From Piromyces finnis finn (Eukaryota > Fungi > Neocallimastigomycota): a stretch of 64,000 bases of DNA. A program made the position numbers and the translations under genes. Location of the stretch: positions 186,001-250,000 of the forward strand of contig MCFH01000023.1 of assembly GCA_002104945.1 (NCBI GenBank), written 5' to 3'. Below are positions 25,959 to 40,015 of this stretch, piece after piece. How positions within the stretch are numbered: position 1 is the stretch's first letter; the number at the start of each line of letters is the position of its first letter. Below the pieces are notes generated by a model. It ran no database searches. It saw only the letters and a list, made by a program, of their open reading frames with translations, and was not told the DNA's origin.

Positions 25959-26292
<334 letters not shown>

Positions 26293-27268
26293 TTAAAATA
26301 ATTATAAATATATTTTTTTAATATTTTAAAATCTTTTTTTTTTTTTTTTTTGGAAAAAAAAATAATGAAAATTTAATACGATTATGGTGATAGTTCATAA
26401 CATTGTTATTTTTTCATGAATGGAAAAAAAAAACATTCATATATATATATTATTTGAAATTTAATCCTGACATATTAAATAGGGGGAAAGTTAACTATAT
26501 AATAATATATATAAGATATAAAAAATAGAGTTAATACTTAAAGTATTTTTAATTCATTTAATTATATTTATATTTTAACTTTTTAAATATAAAGTAAAAT
26601 AAGGTAATATTGATAAACTATAAAAAATGAAAAATTATCATTGTAGCGGAATAATAATAATATATATTATATTTAGCATATGTTTTTATTAAATATTAAA
26701 CAAAACTACAATATATATTAAAGGTAATATAATAATATTTATTAATCTATATTTCCTTTTTTATATTTATAAATTAAAGACTTCTAGAGGTTATAAAAAG
26801 AATAGATCTCATAAAAGTATAATATACATAAATCCATAAATACTTTTTAAATGTTTTTTTTTTTTTTATTCAATGGATATAAGCAATTTTAAGGTGTTTT
26901 GATTTTAAAGCTTTAAGATTATTATAATTTGTTAATCAATAGTATTTAAGATATTGTAATTTTAAAAAAAAAGTAATATTTATATAATAAAAGTATATTT
27001 TTTAATATTCTTTAATTATTATTAAAGGGTGTTGTTATAATAAAAGGTATTATTTAATGATAAATTTTAAATATTATATAATAAAATTTAACCTTAAAAG
27101 AATACATTATTTTTCAAGGTTGATTTTTTTTTTAATATGTGAATAATAAATTAATTTATTATTTTTTATTATCCCTTTTTGAAAATATTTTTTGAACTTC
27201 AGTAATAGTATTAATTAAAATATTATCATAAAAAAAGAAAAAATTAATAAAAGAAATGCATTTTTAAA

Positions 27269-30029
27269 ATGAGGTTTTTATCACTTACAAATATAAAACT
27301 TATCCATTTATTACTATTTATTTTATTACTTTTATTTTCATTATCTAATGGTAATTATAAAATCAGAAAAAGATGTTTTATATTAACACTCAAGAAAGAT
27401 AGAATAAAATTAATTATTTATTAATAAATCATATTTCCTTTTTATAATAGGTGAACTATTAATTAGTGCCCTTGCTTATAGTTACACAGATGATGATCAA
27501 ATTATTACACCGCTTATAAAAAAATTTAATGAATATTCAAAAAACAATAATCTAAATATTAAAGTCAAGTTAAATATAATAACACCATCCAATTCTACAG
27601 TTTATATATCTGATTATGGAACGACAATTGAAACTCTTCTTTCTAAAAAATCAGATAAATATGATATCTATTTTTATGATAATGTTTATACAAAAAGATA
27701 TGGAAAATATTTTGTTAACTTTAAAAAAAAAATTCCTCAGGAACATTTAAATATGTATAAATCAGAGTTTTCATCTGATTTGTATATTTCAAATGATCGA
27801 TGGGTTGGCCTTGTAAATAATTTTTAACATTATTTTAGTATAATCCCCCCCCTTTTATATGTATTAATAGATTATTTTTTTTTATTTATTTAATTATTTT
27901 AATCTGCTAATTATTTATTTAGCCTGTTCAGGTAGACTATAGAGTTTTATATGTTAATATGGATCTATTAAATAAATATAATATGGAAATACCTAGAACA
28001 TGGGATGAATTGATAAAAACAGGAAGATATATATATGATGAAGAAGCAAAGAATAATCCTAACAATGATTTAAGTATTTATAATGGTTCATTAGATGGTA
28101 AAATGCATTTTTTTTTATAATTAATATACAAAATTAAAGGTATTTGACTAAATAATCATTTAACAATTTTATTATAAAAAATATATATTTAATAGCTGAT
28201 GAATCAGGAACAAGTACTACTATTGAATTTATATATTCTTTTAGAAAATCGAAGAAAGATCCTCCACCTGAATTCAATAGTCCAGAGGCAATTGAAGCAC
28301 TAGAAAAGTTGAAAGAACTTAAAAATAGAATTTCATCAGGTAATTTAATATTTTCATCATTAATAGTAGAAAAAAAATCTATTATTATTAGCTATAATTA
28401 ACATACAACAAACTATTTTTTTTTTATTTCTATTATAAAAAAATATTTACATTATATTTTATGAAAGATGAAGAATTTAGTCAATATGGTTCCTATGTAT
28501 TTTCTAAATTATTTAATGGAAAATCAATATTTTTAAAATATTGGTATACAAATTCACATCCTGTATATAAAAAAGTACCTTTACCAGGGAGAATTGAAGG
28601 AATATCAACTTCTTGTTTGGGAGGGAATAATATTGCAGTGAGTATATTTTCCTCAAAAGAAAAACAAGATGCAGCAGTCAAAGTAGTGGAATTTATTACT
28701 TCAAAGGATATTAAAAAAGAATTTTCTATAAAAAATGATTTATATTCAGGAATTGCTTCTTTATATGATGATGAAGAGGTTTGTAGTAGTAAAATAGATT
28801 GTGAATTATTTAAAAATTTGCAACCTGTTGTTAGACCAACAAGAGAAAATGAAGATTATGATGAATTTTCTTTGAATTTCAGAAATTATATCTATGAATA
28901 TATATTCGGAAATAAATCAGCAGAAGAAGTGCTAAATAATGTTGTAAATTTAAGAAAAGTTTATATGATATCACTTGATACAAAAGATTCACCAATTGGC
29001 TTAATATCTTTTATTCTATTGTGCCTTCTATCATGTATAATGATATTATCAATAATTTTTGTATTTATACCAACATTTAAATTACAGGACTTTTTACCTA
29101 GTGACTTTTGGATTTTATTAATGATGGGAATTATCATGGTGTTTTCTATGAGTTTTACAGAAATAGGGGAAATAACAAAACTTAACTGTCATTTAAGGCT
29201 ATTTTTATTTTCATTTGGGTTTTTACTTAATATGATCACAGTGTTATACAAGTTAATCATTTGTTTTCCTGAGGAAAATAAATTTTCTATATGGGTTGGA
29301 AAACATCGATATATTTTTATTTCATTATTTATTTTTATTAATATGATTATTAATTTCCTTTTTTTACTACATCCATATGATATTAAAGACGTTCAAGAAG
29401 ATAACGGAAAACATTTTAAAATATGTAAATTGAATCATATGTCCAGCATATCAATAAAATATATACTTATTTTTTTCATGTCGTTAATACTATTAAACAT
29501 TATAATATTAGTATTTTTAGAATGGAATATTAAAAGTACATTTTTAGATATAAGAATGTTTATATCTTCCATATATATTGACATTCTTTCGTTCATTTTG
29601 TTTATTATTATTGAATTGTATGAAATTCGAAATTATATTGGATATTTCATCATAAGAATAATTATTTACTCTGTATATGGTGTATCCAATTTTATTTTTA
29701 TGTTCTTTTATAAAATAATTTATTATTACATTAAAAAAAGTTCCGAAAATAAGGAAGAAGGAATTAATACAATCATCAATAATTTAAAAAATGAAATAGA
29801 TATTTCAAGTGAAAAAGCATCAACCTCTCGATTCATTAGTACAAAAAGATCGGAAATTGGTGAAACTTCTAATAGATCTAGTACATATCAATCATATCTG
29901 CAACATAGACGTTCATTAAGTTTTTATAATAAAATTTTAAATTATCATAGTCGTCAAGAAATAGGAAGAAGTAGTTGTTCCACTGTTACTAATAATGATC
30001 ATACTTCAAATGAAAGAAGTAACAATTAA
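27269..30029 (+). CDS. Solute-binding-protein / class C-like 7TM receptor fusion (5 exons, predicted 774 aa)
   Basis: Exons 27269-27350, 27451-27812, 27923-28097, 28196-28339 and 28468-30029 (GT..AG, 2325 nt, one frame). Encodes a signal peptide, an SBP family 1-like domain (KYDIYFYDN; PVQVDYRVLYVNMDLLNKYNMEIPRTWDEL; LPGRIEGISTSCLGG), seven hydrophobic helices (NCHLRLFLFSFGF; LEWN) and a Ser-rich tail. This architecture is known from anaerobic gut fungi. Confidence 0.88.
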
Positions 30030-30341
30030 CCAACAATTAATTTACAAAAGAAATCTTATCTTCTTTTCTTAGAAATATTTAAATTGATATTTTTATCATC
30101 CAAATACAACCATAAAGTTTGTATCAAATCTGAATATAAAATTTTCAAATAATATCAATAAAAAAAAAAAAAAAGCAAATAAAAAATAAAAATAAAATAA
30201 AAATGAAATATAATAAAATAGCAATTTAAAATATATTGAATTGAACATTACAATCCTATATAATAGATTAAATTTGAAATTTAATCTATTATATTTTCGT
30301 GTATTTAAATACATATTATTATTATTTAATTTTTATCAATA

Positions 30342-30378
<37 letters not shown>

Positions 30379-32189
30379 TTAAAAATTCTATGTATTATTT
30401 TTTTAATGCTTACATACGTTATTTTAATATTTAATACATTAATTATAAATTATGTATTAATTTAAAATGAAGGATAACTTTATTAACTTTATAATTTTAC
30501 AAAATCAAAAACTTAAAGCTTTATTTTTTTTTTATAATACTTTTAATTTTATTATATTACATGCTCTAGGTAATATTATTACTATATTCTATTATTCTAT
30601 TAAATAATATTGAAAATGTATACTTTTTATTATTTCATTTATCATTTATATTCAGGCTTATCCGTAACAATTTTTTTTTTTTTTTTTTACATAAGCCAAA
30701 AAGGTAAAATATTCTATTAATATACATTATATTTTCATCCTTGTAGGGTTTGTCTTTTAAAAATAAAAAAAAAAAAAGGGAAAGAAAATAAAATAAAAAA
30801 AAAGAAATGAAAGAAGTATGAAATTCTTTTAAATTTAAAGTATCTTTTGTTTTTATTTTTAATATTAATCAAAAAATGGAAAATTATTTATAAAATAATC
30901 AATGATAAAGAAGTAAAAAAGCATCTCATTTTCATAATTAATGAAATGTAACACTATTTTTATTTTATTTTATTTTATTATTATTATTATGAATATTGTT
31001 AATGTTTAATTATATTAATTATTTTAAAATTACAAACAATTATTTCGATAAAGATTAACTAATATCAACTACATACTTAAAAATTTATTTTAAATTTATT
31101 TTTAATTTTCTCCATTTACATATTTCTTTTTATTTTGGAATTCTTATCTCCATTTATGATTCTCTTCTATTTGATAATTTTAAAACTGGGTACCTTTATA
31201 CTAGTATTTAAAAGAAAAGATATAATAATTTTATTCTTTGATTATATAATATTATTTAAATATATTCTCTTTATAACATTATTCTTTAAAAATATTAAAT
31301 ATTATATTATATAATATTAATTTTATTATAATAATTATTATAGAGTATAGTTTTTATTATTTTATATTGATATTTATTATTTGTAGTTGATCTAAATTTA
31401 ATTTGGTATATAATAATTATAATATTTATTTTAGTTTTAGATTAGAACTTTATTAATTTTATGTTTATATTGGTATATAAAAATGGGGAGTTTATTAATA
31501 GGTATTTTAATTTTAAGTTATTAACCATATTTTTTTTTTTTTTTTTTTTTTTTTCAATGCTTTCAATTATTATCAGAAAGAAAGTAAATGAAATAATCTT
31601 AATAAATACAATTATTAAATTCTTATTAAAATATGTGAGAAAATCTTATACTGTATTACTAGGTCAAAAAATAGAATAAAACTGAAATTTTAATTATGAA
31701 TATGAAAAATTAGAAATAAATATTATTGCTATTAAGTTTGTATAGTATAATATTAAATAAATACTCGTTTATTTTATATAAATAAAGATTTAAAATAATA
31801 AAAAATATTATAAAATAATTAAAGTTATTTGATATTTATATTTAACCAATATATTGTCTATTAAAAAATTATTTACCTATTCATTTAATATTAGAATATT
31901 GTTATTCCAGTTATATCTAAAAAATAAGGAATAATATTAATAATAAAAACTTGTAATAAATAGTTTAATATTAAAAAAAAATTAATAAGAAGAAAAAATG
32001 TTAAATGTTCAATAAAGTTTAAATTATTATAAATCCTTATTTAAATAAATAATTACTCAATTACAAATATTAAATTATTTTTATATAAATATTGATATAT
32101 TTCTCTTAATCATATTTTTTCTCAAATTTATAGTTTATATTTTATATTTATCTTTATAAATAATACATTAAAAATTATAAAATATTAAA

Positions 32190-33008
32190 ATGAAAAGTGT
32201 TCCACTCTATGAAAATGCTGAAAAAAAAAGTTATTACAAGTATATGGATATACCACTAATTGAACCAGCACCAGAAGAAATTGAATGGGCTCGTACATTT
32301 AGAGGTGATCCAACTCAAGCTTTAAGATTTGAAGATAGAGCCTCATTACAAGAATTAGATCATACAATTGCTCCAGAAGGAGTATATTATATAAATGATG
32401 GTACAATTTTTATGTGTGCAGTAACAGAAACACCAAATATTACTGGTGAGATGTTTGAATGGTGGTTCCTTTGGCATCATTTAGATCAACTTCGTTTTGC
32501 AATCTGGGATCCAGAAGATCATTATGATGTTAAGATTCCAGAAGAAAGTAGAAAAAGAATTTTGAATCAAGATATTAGTATTCGTGAAAGAATATATGGT
32601 GTATCTTGTACTTGTTTAGAATCATTTAATGGTGAACAACCTCAATCACTAAGTTTTACTTTTTGTGATCCAGGAGAAGTTGGTTTTAAAAGAGAACTAA
32701 TAGGAACTGATGGATGTATGGCTATATTTTGTAGTAATGCTAATGTAAAGAAAGGACCAATAGATATTCCTGTATTTTTAGCATATGTATTAAAAAAAGG
32801 ACCTGATGGTAAAAATGTTGTTGTGATGCACTATTGGATGGGTAAAAATGTAAAAGATGGAGAAGATGTTACTAGAAGTCTTTGGTTTAGAGGATTTTTA
32901 GTTGAACTACCATCTATGCTAATTGTTCATACACATAAAGAAATGAAACGTCTTAATCAAATCCTTCCTCAATTATATGAAGAAAATAAAGATAATTGGG
33001 ATGAATAA
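32190..33008 (+). CDS. PhlG/phloretin-hydrolase-family C-C hydrolase (272 aa), bacterial type
   Basis: Motifs KSYYKY, PNITGEMFEWWFLWH, LRFAIWDPEDHY, HTHKEM and ILPQLYEE match the DAPG hydrolase PhlG / phloretin hydrolase Phy family as I recall it; intronless. Confidence 0.8.
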   Translation: MKSVPLYENAEKKSYYKYMDIPLIEPAPEEIEWARTFRGDPTQALRFEDRASLQELDHTIAPEGVYYINDGTIFMCAVTETPNITGEMFEWWFLWHHLDQLRFAIWDPEDHYDVKIPEESRKRILNQDISIRERIYGVSCTCLESFNGEQPQSLSFTFCDPGEVGFKRELIGTDGCMAIFCSNANVKKGPIDIPVFLAYVLKKGPDGKNVVVMHYWMGKNVKDGEDVTRSLWFRGFLVELPSMLIVHTHKEMKRLNQILPQLYEENKDNWDE

Positions 33009-34338
33009 AAATATTTAAAAAAAAAAAACAATTAAAAAGTAATATTAAATTTATAATTATTTTAATGATTATTTAAAAATTATATTAAAAAAAATATAAA
33101 ATAATAAAATGCATTTTATTAAAAGAGATATTATACATAATAGATGAATATATATACATTAATAATAAGTAATGTATTTTTTGTGGATTGTTTGTATATT
33201 TAATCATTTTTATTGGTATTGTATGATACCAATAAAAATATAATGCAATCTAAACAAAATTATTATTCCAAATAAAAAAATTTTAACTTTTTATATTTTT
33301 AACTTTTTTATTTTTCAATTTAGGTTTTAAGGTTTTATGATGCAAATTAAAATTATTATATAAATATAAATAATTGATAGGAAAATTGTTATTTTGAGAT
33401 AACTTAATATTTAACTGTACATAATTAAGAAAAAAAAAATAATTAAAGAATAAATTAAATTGGTATAATGATGGTAATAACAGAAAAATCAAAATATTTA
33501 TAAATTTTATTAGTTATTAAATAAAAAATAGGATATTATAAAAAAAAGGAAAATATATATAAAACTAATAATTTTTTATTATAAAAATGTGTTTATTTAT
33601 ATATATTTAAATAAAATTTTTAATAAAATATTAAAAAATGATAATTGTCTTTAAGGGTGTCATATAAATAGTTAACTCTTTTTCCAAAACAGAAATGTAT
33701 TTATTTTATTTTGTTATTTCCTAGCTAAGGAATTTAAAAGATTGTGCAACGTAAAATTTGACCATTTAGAAAGGTGTATATCATATATATGGATTATACA
33801 TTTTTAAAAATACTAAATGAAATTTTAGATAAATATTATAATCTGAAATTCAGAAATTCATTATAGCTTAAATTCTTTTTCTACTATAAAAATATAGTAT
33901 TAATTGTTAAAATCAAAATTTGGTAAAATACTGATTTATAAATATCAGTATTTATAAATCACAATTATAAATAACAATCTATATTTTTTTTATTAAAATA
34001 AACAAACATATTTTGCAATTTTTGTTTTGTATTTTTTTATATATTGTAAAACAATAAAACAAAATCTTATAAAGTTATGTATTTCAATTAAATAAAAATA
34101 TTTTTTATAAAAAGTTAGAATAAAAATAAAAATAAATAAATTAAAAAAAAATGATTAAAACAAAAATTAATAATAGTAATATTTAATGAAATAATATTGA
34201 AAACAAAAATATAATTATAATACTAAAAACTCCATAACACTTTTTTATTATATATATATAATAATAATTAATTTAATTATATAAAAATATATATTAATGT
34301 ATGATGTATGGATTATCATTTAAATCCTATTACTATAA

Positions 34339-36689
34339 TTAAATACTCTTTAATTTTCCTTTTTCCTTTTTATATTTCATTACAATAAATGCTATAGATA
34401 AGCCAATGTAAATATAATTAATATAAGGCTGGATATAATCACATATAATTAAAGAAAGAATTACTACACTCAATGCAATAATAATCATTCCAGTACAAAT
34501 TATTCCAATTAATATTTTTTCTTTTAAACTGAAATCCTTATCTTCAGATAAAGTTGATAAAGCTTCAATTTTTTCTTCTTCTTCTTCTATTTTTTCTTCT
34601 TTATCTTCCTCTTTTTCTTTTTGTTGTGAATTTATTTCATTTTCTAAATCAGGGATATCTTGACTCATATTACTGATCATAGTGTAAACTTTTTCAGATG
34701 GCAATCTTTTAACAACCTTTGGATTTGTACGAGAACTAGTAGTTTGATATTCTTTAAGAGAACTTGTTAATTGATTAAGAAGTTCAGTTTTTTCATCTAT
34801 ACTTTCACAGAAAATTATATTTAATGCATCGGGATTACTGAATGAAATTTCGATAGTATTTTCCATATCTTGGTCTTTATCTATTATAAATTTTATAAAT
34901 TATAATATTATATATTAGGTAACATTGCTATTATGGTTTTCTCTTATATTTCAACTATTAACACATATAATTTGTTAAAGTGTTTAGAAAATCTTATATA
35001 AATAATTTTTTTTTATTTTTAAAACCTTCTGTCTCTGAATTAGAATCAATTTTTACGTCAGAAAAATCTCTTTTTTCGATTAACTTCAATTTTCCCCTTT
35101 CTAGTTTATCAGGTTCTTGAGATAAAGATTTTGCAATAATTATCATATCATTAAATATATATAGTAATCTTTTCTTTTTTTCAATGCCATGGTTAGAATT
35201 TAATAAGTCTTGAGAAAAAAGTTGTTGAGTTGGAGATATCGTTTTCTTTGTGTAAATTGTAATTTCACATTTATATTTTATCTTTCGACTAGGAGAAACA
35301 ATACTAATTTTCTAAGTTAATTTAGCATTATGATAATTATAATTATTTTATATATAGATATTAATGTCTAAAATTTTAATTCTTAAAAATTTATGAATAG
35401 ATATAATTTAAACATTTACTGGATTAAATCTAGACTGAAAATCAATAAGATAATAAATTGCTTCAACTACTTTTGATGCACCATTAACAACATTAACAAC
35501 GGTTTGTAATTTTTCATAACCATTTTTTAAGTTATTATAATCCTTATTAGATTTGCTCGTATATTTTATAAGTTCCTTATTTGTAATTGAAATATTAATA
35601 TAACATATAATATTAAAACATTAAAAAAAAATAATTGTCAATATTTTAATTTATATACCATTATAACATATATTATTTGGTATTATTAATTGGAAAAAAA
35701 TCATTATTTATATTTCCTTCTACCTTTAAAAGTAATGGATATTTACAAATTCTTTGAACGGGCTTAATACTAAGTAAAAAATATTTTTTTAATTAAAATA
35801 ATATATATTAGTCAAATTATTCAAATTAATTAAATTAACAAGTTTCCGTCCCTCTCAACCATTATTATATATGATTTAAATTACAAATTTATTACAGGAA
35901 ACTATCTAATTGAAGAAATCTTGATTCAGGTCTTTGAAATTGGGTCTGTTATATATAATAATTTATATACAATTAAAATTAACACATTATATCAAAATAT
36001 TAAATAATTTCTAACATTTGCTAGAATATGATTTTATGATCAGAAAAATACATTTAAAAATTTGGAAAAACTCTTTGAGCTTTTTAAATTTTCTAATTTT
36101 GTGAGAGCATAAGCATAATTACTGCAATATAGTAAATAAATTTTTAAATATTCATTCTATTATTTAATGATATAAATATAATAAATTGATTCAATTTGAT
36201 TTTAAAAGAAATATATTTATTATATTAATATTAATATTTATATATTACATTATTACATTATATTTATTATACCATTGTAAGCCATATATCACCAATTTCA
36301 TCAACATATGCATTTTTTTGTTGACGTTCCTCAAAAAGTGAAAGTAATTCCTTTTAATTAATTATTAATCATTACCATCATTGTTATTAAATATGATATA
36401 ATACAAATTAGTAACATAGAATGTATATATAAATAAAATTAAAATTCTAAATAATAATTCAATATTTTATTATTAAAAAAAGTATTATCTTTAATTCTTT
36501 TATTACTTTGTTAACCCCATAAATTTGTTCTATATTTGAAAATAGAGTATTCAAATCTTTTTTTGTTAAAATATTGGAATTTTTCAATGGTTGAATATAT
36601 AACTGAATAGATATCAAATAAAACAAAAAAATTATTTTATAAATTTATAAAATATGTTACTATTAATTAGAAAATAATTTCCAAAATTT

Positions 36690-36720
<31 letters not shown>

Positions 36721-37074
36721 AAAAAGAAATTAGTTTATTTTTTATAATAATATATAAACCTCGATAATAATTGATAAATCGTTAACATAATCTCTCTCTG
36801 TATCAATCATTTCATATATAATTTCTTGTCTTTTAATGTCATTTTTTGAAAGTTCCATAGAATCCACTACATTTTGACCTCCTATAAAATCAACCCATTT
36901 CTTTTTTAATTTCGCTGGACCATTAATAAACTCAATCGATTCTAGTTTCTTGTTATTTTCTTGAGTTGGTTTCATCTGGTCCATATCTCCAATAAATTCA
37001 GAATCGTCTTTATTTAATTCACCTTTGAGAGAAATGTTTTCAATTGGTGATAATTCTTCAGATTGAACTTCCAT
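34339..37074 (-). CDS. DH-PH RhoGEF with C-terminal transmembrane hairpin (9 exons, predicted 557 aa)
   Basis: Exons 37074-36760, 36602-36507, 36350-36273, 36156-36052, 35945-35896, 35769-35724, 35575-35420, 35311-35026 and 34880-34339 (GT..AG, 1674 nt). DH motifs KRQEIIYEMIDTERDYVNDL, LFSNIEQI and LDSFLIKPVQRICKYPLLLKELIK; PH motif LLYIFNDMIIIAK. Confidence 0.9.
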
Positions 37075-37875
37075 TTTTCTTTCTATTTAAGTTTTTATTT
37101 ATTATTAATATATATATTGAAGTTTTTCTTGTAAATGAATAATAATGCTTTTATTTTTGATTATAAAAAGGATTGAGAATACTTTTTTATATTATTATTT
37201 TTTAACCTGAAATTATAGGTTATATAATCGTATATCAATAAAGTCCCACAAATAATTATATAAATATACATTACATTTTAATTATAAAGTTAATTATTAA
37301 TAAATTTTTTATTAATAAAATAATTAAAGATGTATCACAAAGAGACAAAACAATTACATATTACATAAAATTGATATTTAAAAGGAAAGATATTATAAAA
37401 TATACAGTAATAGAAAATAATTATTATATTCTGCTAATACAAAAGAAAATAATTATATTTATTTATTTATTAATTCATTTATTCATACATTTATTCATTT
37501 GTTTATTAATTTACACTTTTATTAATTTATTTACTTATTTATTTATTTACTTATTAATTTATTTATATACTTATTAATTTATTTGTTTATTTATGTATTC
37601 ATTTATTTACCTATTAATTTATTTGTTTAAAATTAAAAAAAGAAAAAATTATTTAATATAAATGTATAGATTTAAAAGCTACTATAGGAAATTCAAATTA
37701 TGAAGATTTTTAAATATTATAAGAATAAATAAAGTATAAAATTGTATATAGAGTTCTTTAAACCATAAATAAAAAATGTTTGTAATAAATTTGTATTAAA
37801 ACAAAGAAAAAAAGAAAAAAAAATAATTATAATTTATTCCATTTCTTATGAAAAAATTAATTCTACTGAAGTATT

Positions 37876-39003
37876 ATGATTAATCAGGAAAAATATAATA
37901 AATTATATGAATATATTAAAGAGGAAGGAATTCAACAAGTTATTTTAAATAAAATAGACTCTCCTAGAGGGATTCTGAATGAATATGATAAAAAAGATAT
38001 CATAATTTGCTTATATTTAGTTGCAATTGACAATGAAGATTTGGAATCATTGATGAAATTAAATTTTGAAATATCTAAAAATAAAATTATAGAAGAAACA
38101 GATATTGTGTATAATATTTATATTAAAAATTTACTTAGTGTAAATAGATTAAAGAAAATAATTTCATTAAATTTTGGAACGGAAATTCATTTTGAAATTA
38201 CTACAAAATTATTAATTTCATTAATTAAAAATGAAGAAATAAAATTAATAAAAATTCTTTTCAATAATATTTTATTTGATAATAATTTTGTATTATCATT
38301 ATTGTATTATTACAAGTATAAAAAATCATTGTCAAATTCAAAATTACAGAATTTCATTATAAATGAAAAGAAAAAAATTGATTTAAATCAATTATTTGAC
38401 TATGATGATTATACATTTTTAAGCTATTCCTGTGAAAAAGGGAATGAAGAAATCATAAAATGTTTAATAAAGCAAGGTGCTAACATAGAAAAAAGAAATC
38501 AACTTGGAGAAACGCCTCTATTTAATGCTTGCCGAAGTAAAAAAGTAAATATTGTCAAATATCTACTTGAATGTGGAGCAAAAATCAATAGAGAAAACAT
38601 ATTGGGTGAAACACCATTATTTATTGCTTGTGAAATTAAAAATGAAATGATAGCAAAAATTTTAATTGACTATGGGGCTGAAATTAATAAAGAAGATAAT
38701 GATGGTGAAACACCTTTATTTATTGCATGTGAGTATGGAAATCTAAATAAGAATTTAATAAAAATGTTGGTAGAACATGGTGCCCTAGTAAATAAAGAAA
38801 ATGAATATGGAAGAACTCCACTATTTTATGTTATTGAATATGGAAATGAAGATATAGTAAAATATTTAGTCCAGCATGGTGCTGATATTAACAAAAAAGA
38901 TGACAATGGAAATACGCCCATATTTTTTGCATATAAAAATAAGAAAGATAATATTATAAAATATTTAATTGATCAAGGAGCTGATAAAGTAAATAATATA
39001 TAA
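37876..39003 (+). CDS. Ankyrin-repeat protein with lineage-type N-terminal module (375 aa)
   Basis: Six canonical repeats (GETPLFNAC, GETPLFIAC twice, GRTPLFYVI, GNTPIFFAY and one more) after a FDNNFVLSLLYYYKYKKSLS..L..FIINEKKKI module. Confidence 0.9.
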   Translation: MINQEKYNKLYEYIKEEGIQQVILNKIDSPRGILNEYDKKDIIICLYLVAIDNEDLESLMKLNFEISKNKIIEETDIVYNIYIKNLLSVNRLKKIISLNFGTEIHFEITTKLLISLIKNEEIKLIKILFNNILFDNNFVLSLLYYYKYKKSLSNSKLQNFIINEKKKIDLNQLFDYDDYTFLSYSCEKGNEEIIKCLIKQGANIEKRNQLGETPLFNACRSKKVNIVKYLLECGAKINRENILGETPLFIACEIKNEMIAKILIDYGAEINKEDNDGETPLFIACEYGNLNKNLIKMLVEHGALVNKENEYGRTPLFYVIEYGNEDIVKYLVQHGADINKKDDNGNTPIFFAYKNKKDNIIKYLIDQGADKVNNI

Positions 39004-40015
39004 TAATTAAATGTTGTTTAGTATAACATATATTAAAAATTATAAAATTATCATAATGCATGTATAATTTTATTTCCAACAAAAATGAAAATAAAATTGA
39101 AATAATATATTTATAGGATAATAGTATTGAAATCAGTTTCAGTAATAGACGTATCAATCACAAAGAATTTTATAATAATTTTTATTGAGCAACCACTTTT
39201 ATATAAATATTTAATACGAAATGATATTAACAAAATTATTATCTATTAATATTAATAATTAAATAAAAAAACTATTATTGATATTATTAAAGAATAAACA
39301 TAATATTTATTAAATGATAGAAAAAATAAAATATATATATATATATATACTATTAAAAATATAAATAAATAATAAAAAATAGTATTAAAAGATATGTTAA
39401 AACTAAAAGGCATTAAAAATAATTTTCTTTAACCATTTTAATGTTTATATATTGTTTGTTTGTTTGTTATTATGAAGATAATTGAGTTTTAATTTCTATC
39501 AATATCATTATTAGTTTTATTATAATTATAATTATAATAATTATATGCGTTAATATACAATAGTATTATTATTAATTTAAGATAAAAAAAATGTTCATAA
39601 AAAAAAAAAAAAGATAAAACTATATCGTTCTATGAAAACTTAATTCTAACTATAACTATAAATAATTTTTATATAAAATATGGTCATTTAAATGAAAAAT
39701 ATAATACTTATTATTATATTCACTTAAAAAGGACATATTTATTTATAAAATAAAGAGTTTATTATATATTATTTATATTAAAATATAAAAAGGTCATATT
39801 TATTTGTTTAATTATTATATATAAAACTTTAATATTACTTTCAAAAGAAAGTATTTATACATACAATAATTAATACTTGTGTTAAATAAAAAAAAAATAA
39901 TAAAATATAAAGAATTAAAGAAATAAAAAAAAAAAAAAGAAAAAGAAAAAGAAAAAGGAAAAGAAAAAAAGAATAATACACTATAAAGTTTTATTAGAAA
40001 AATTAAAGAATTAAA

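Noticed and set aside
33926-33953. 10-bp inverted repeat AAATACTGAT/ATCAGTATTT
   Set aside because: A single AT-rich hairpin with no TSD or second copy; plausible by chance.
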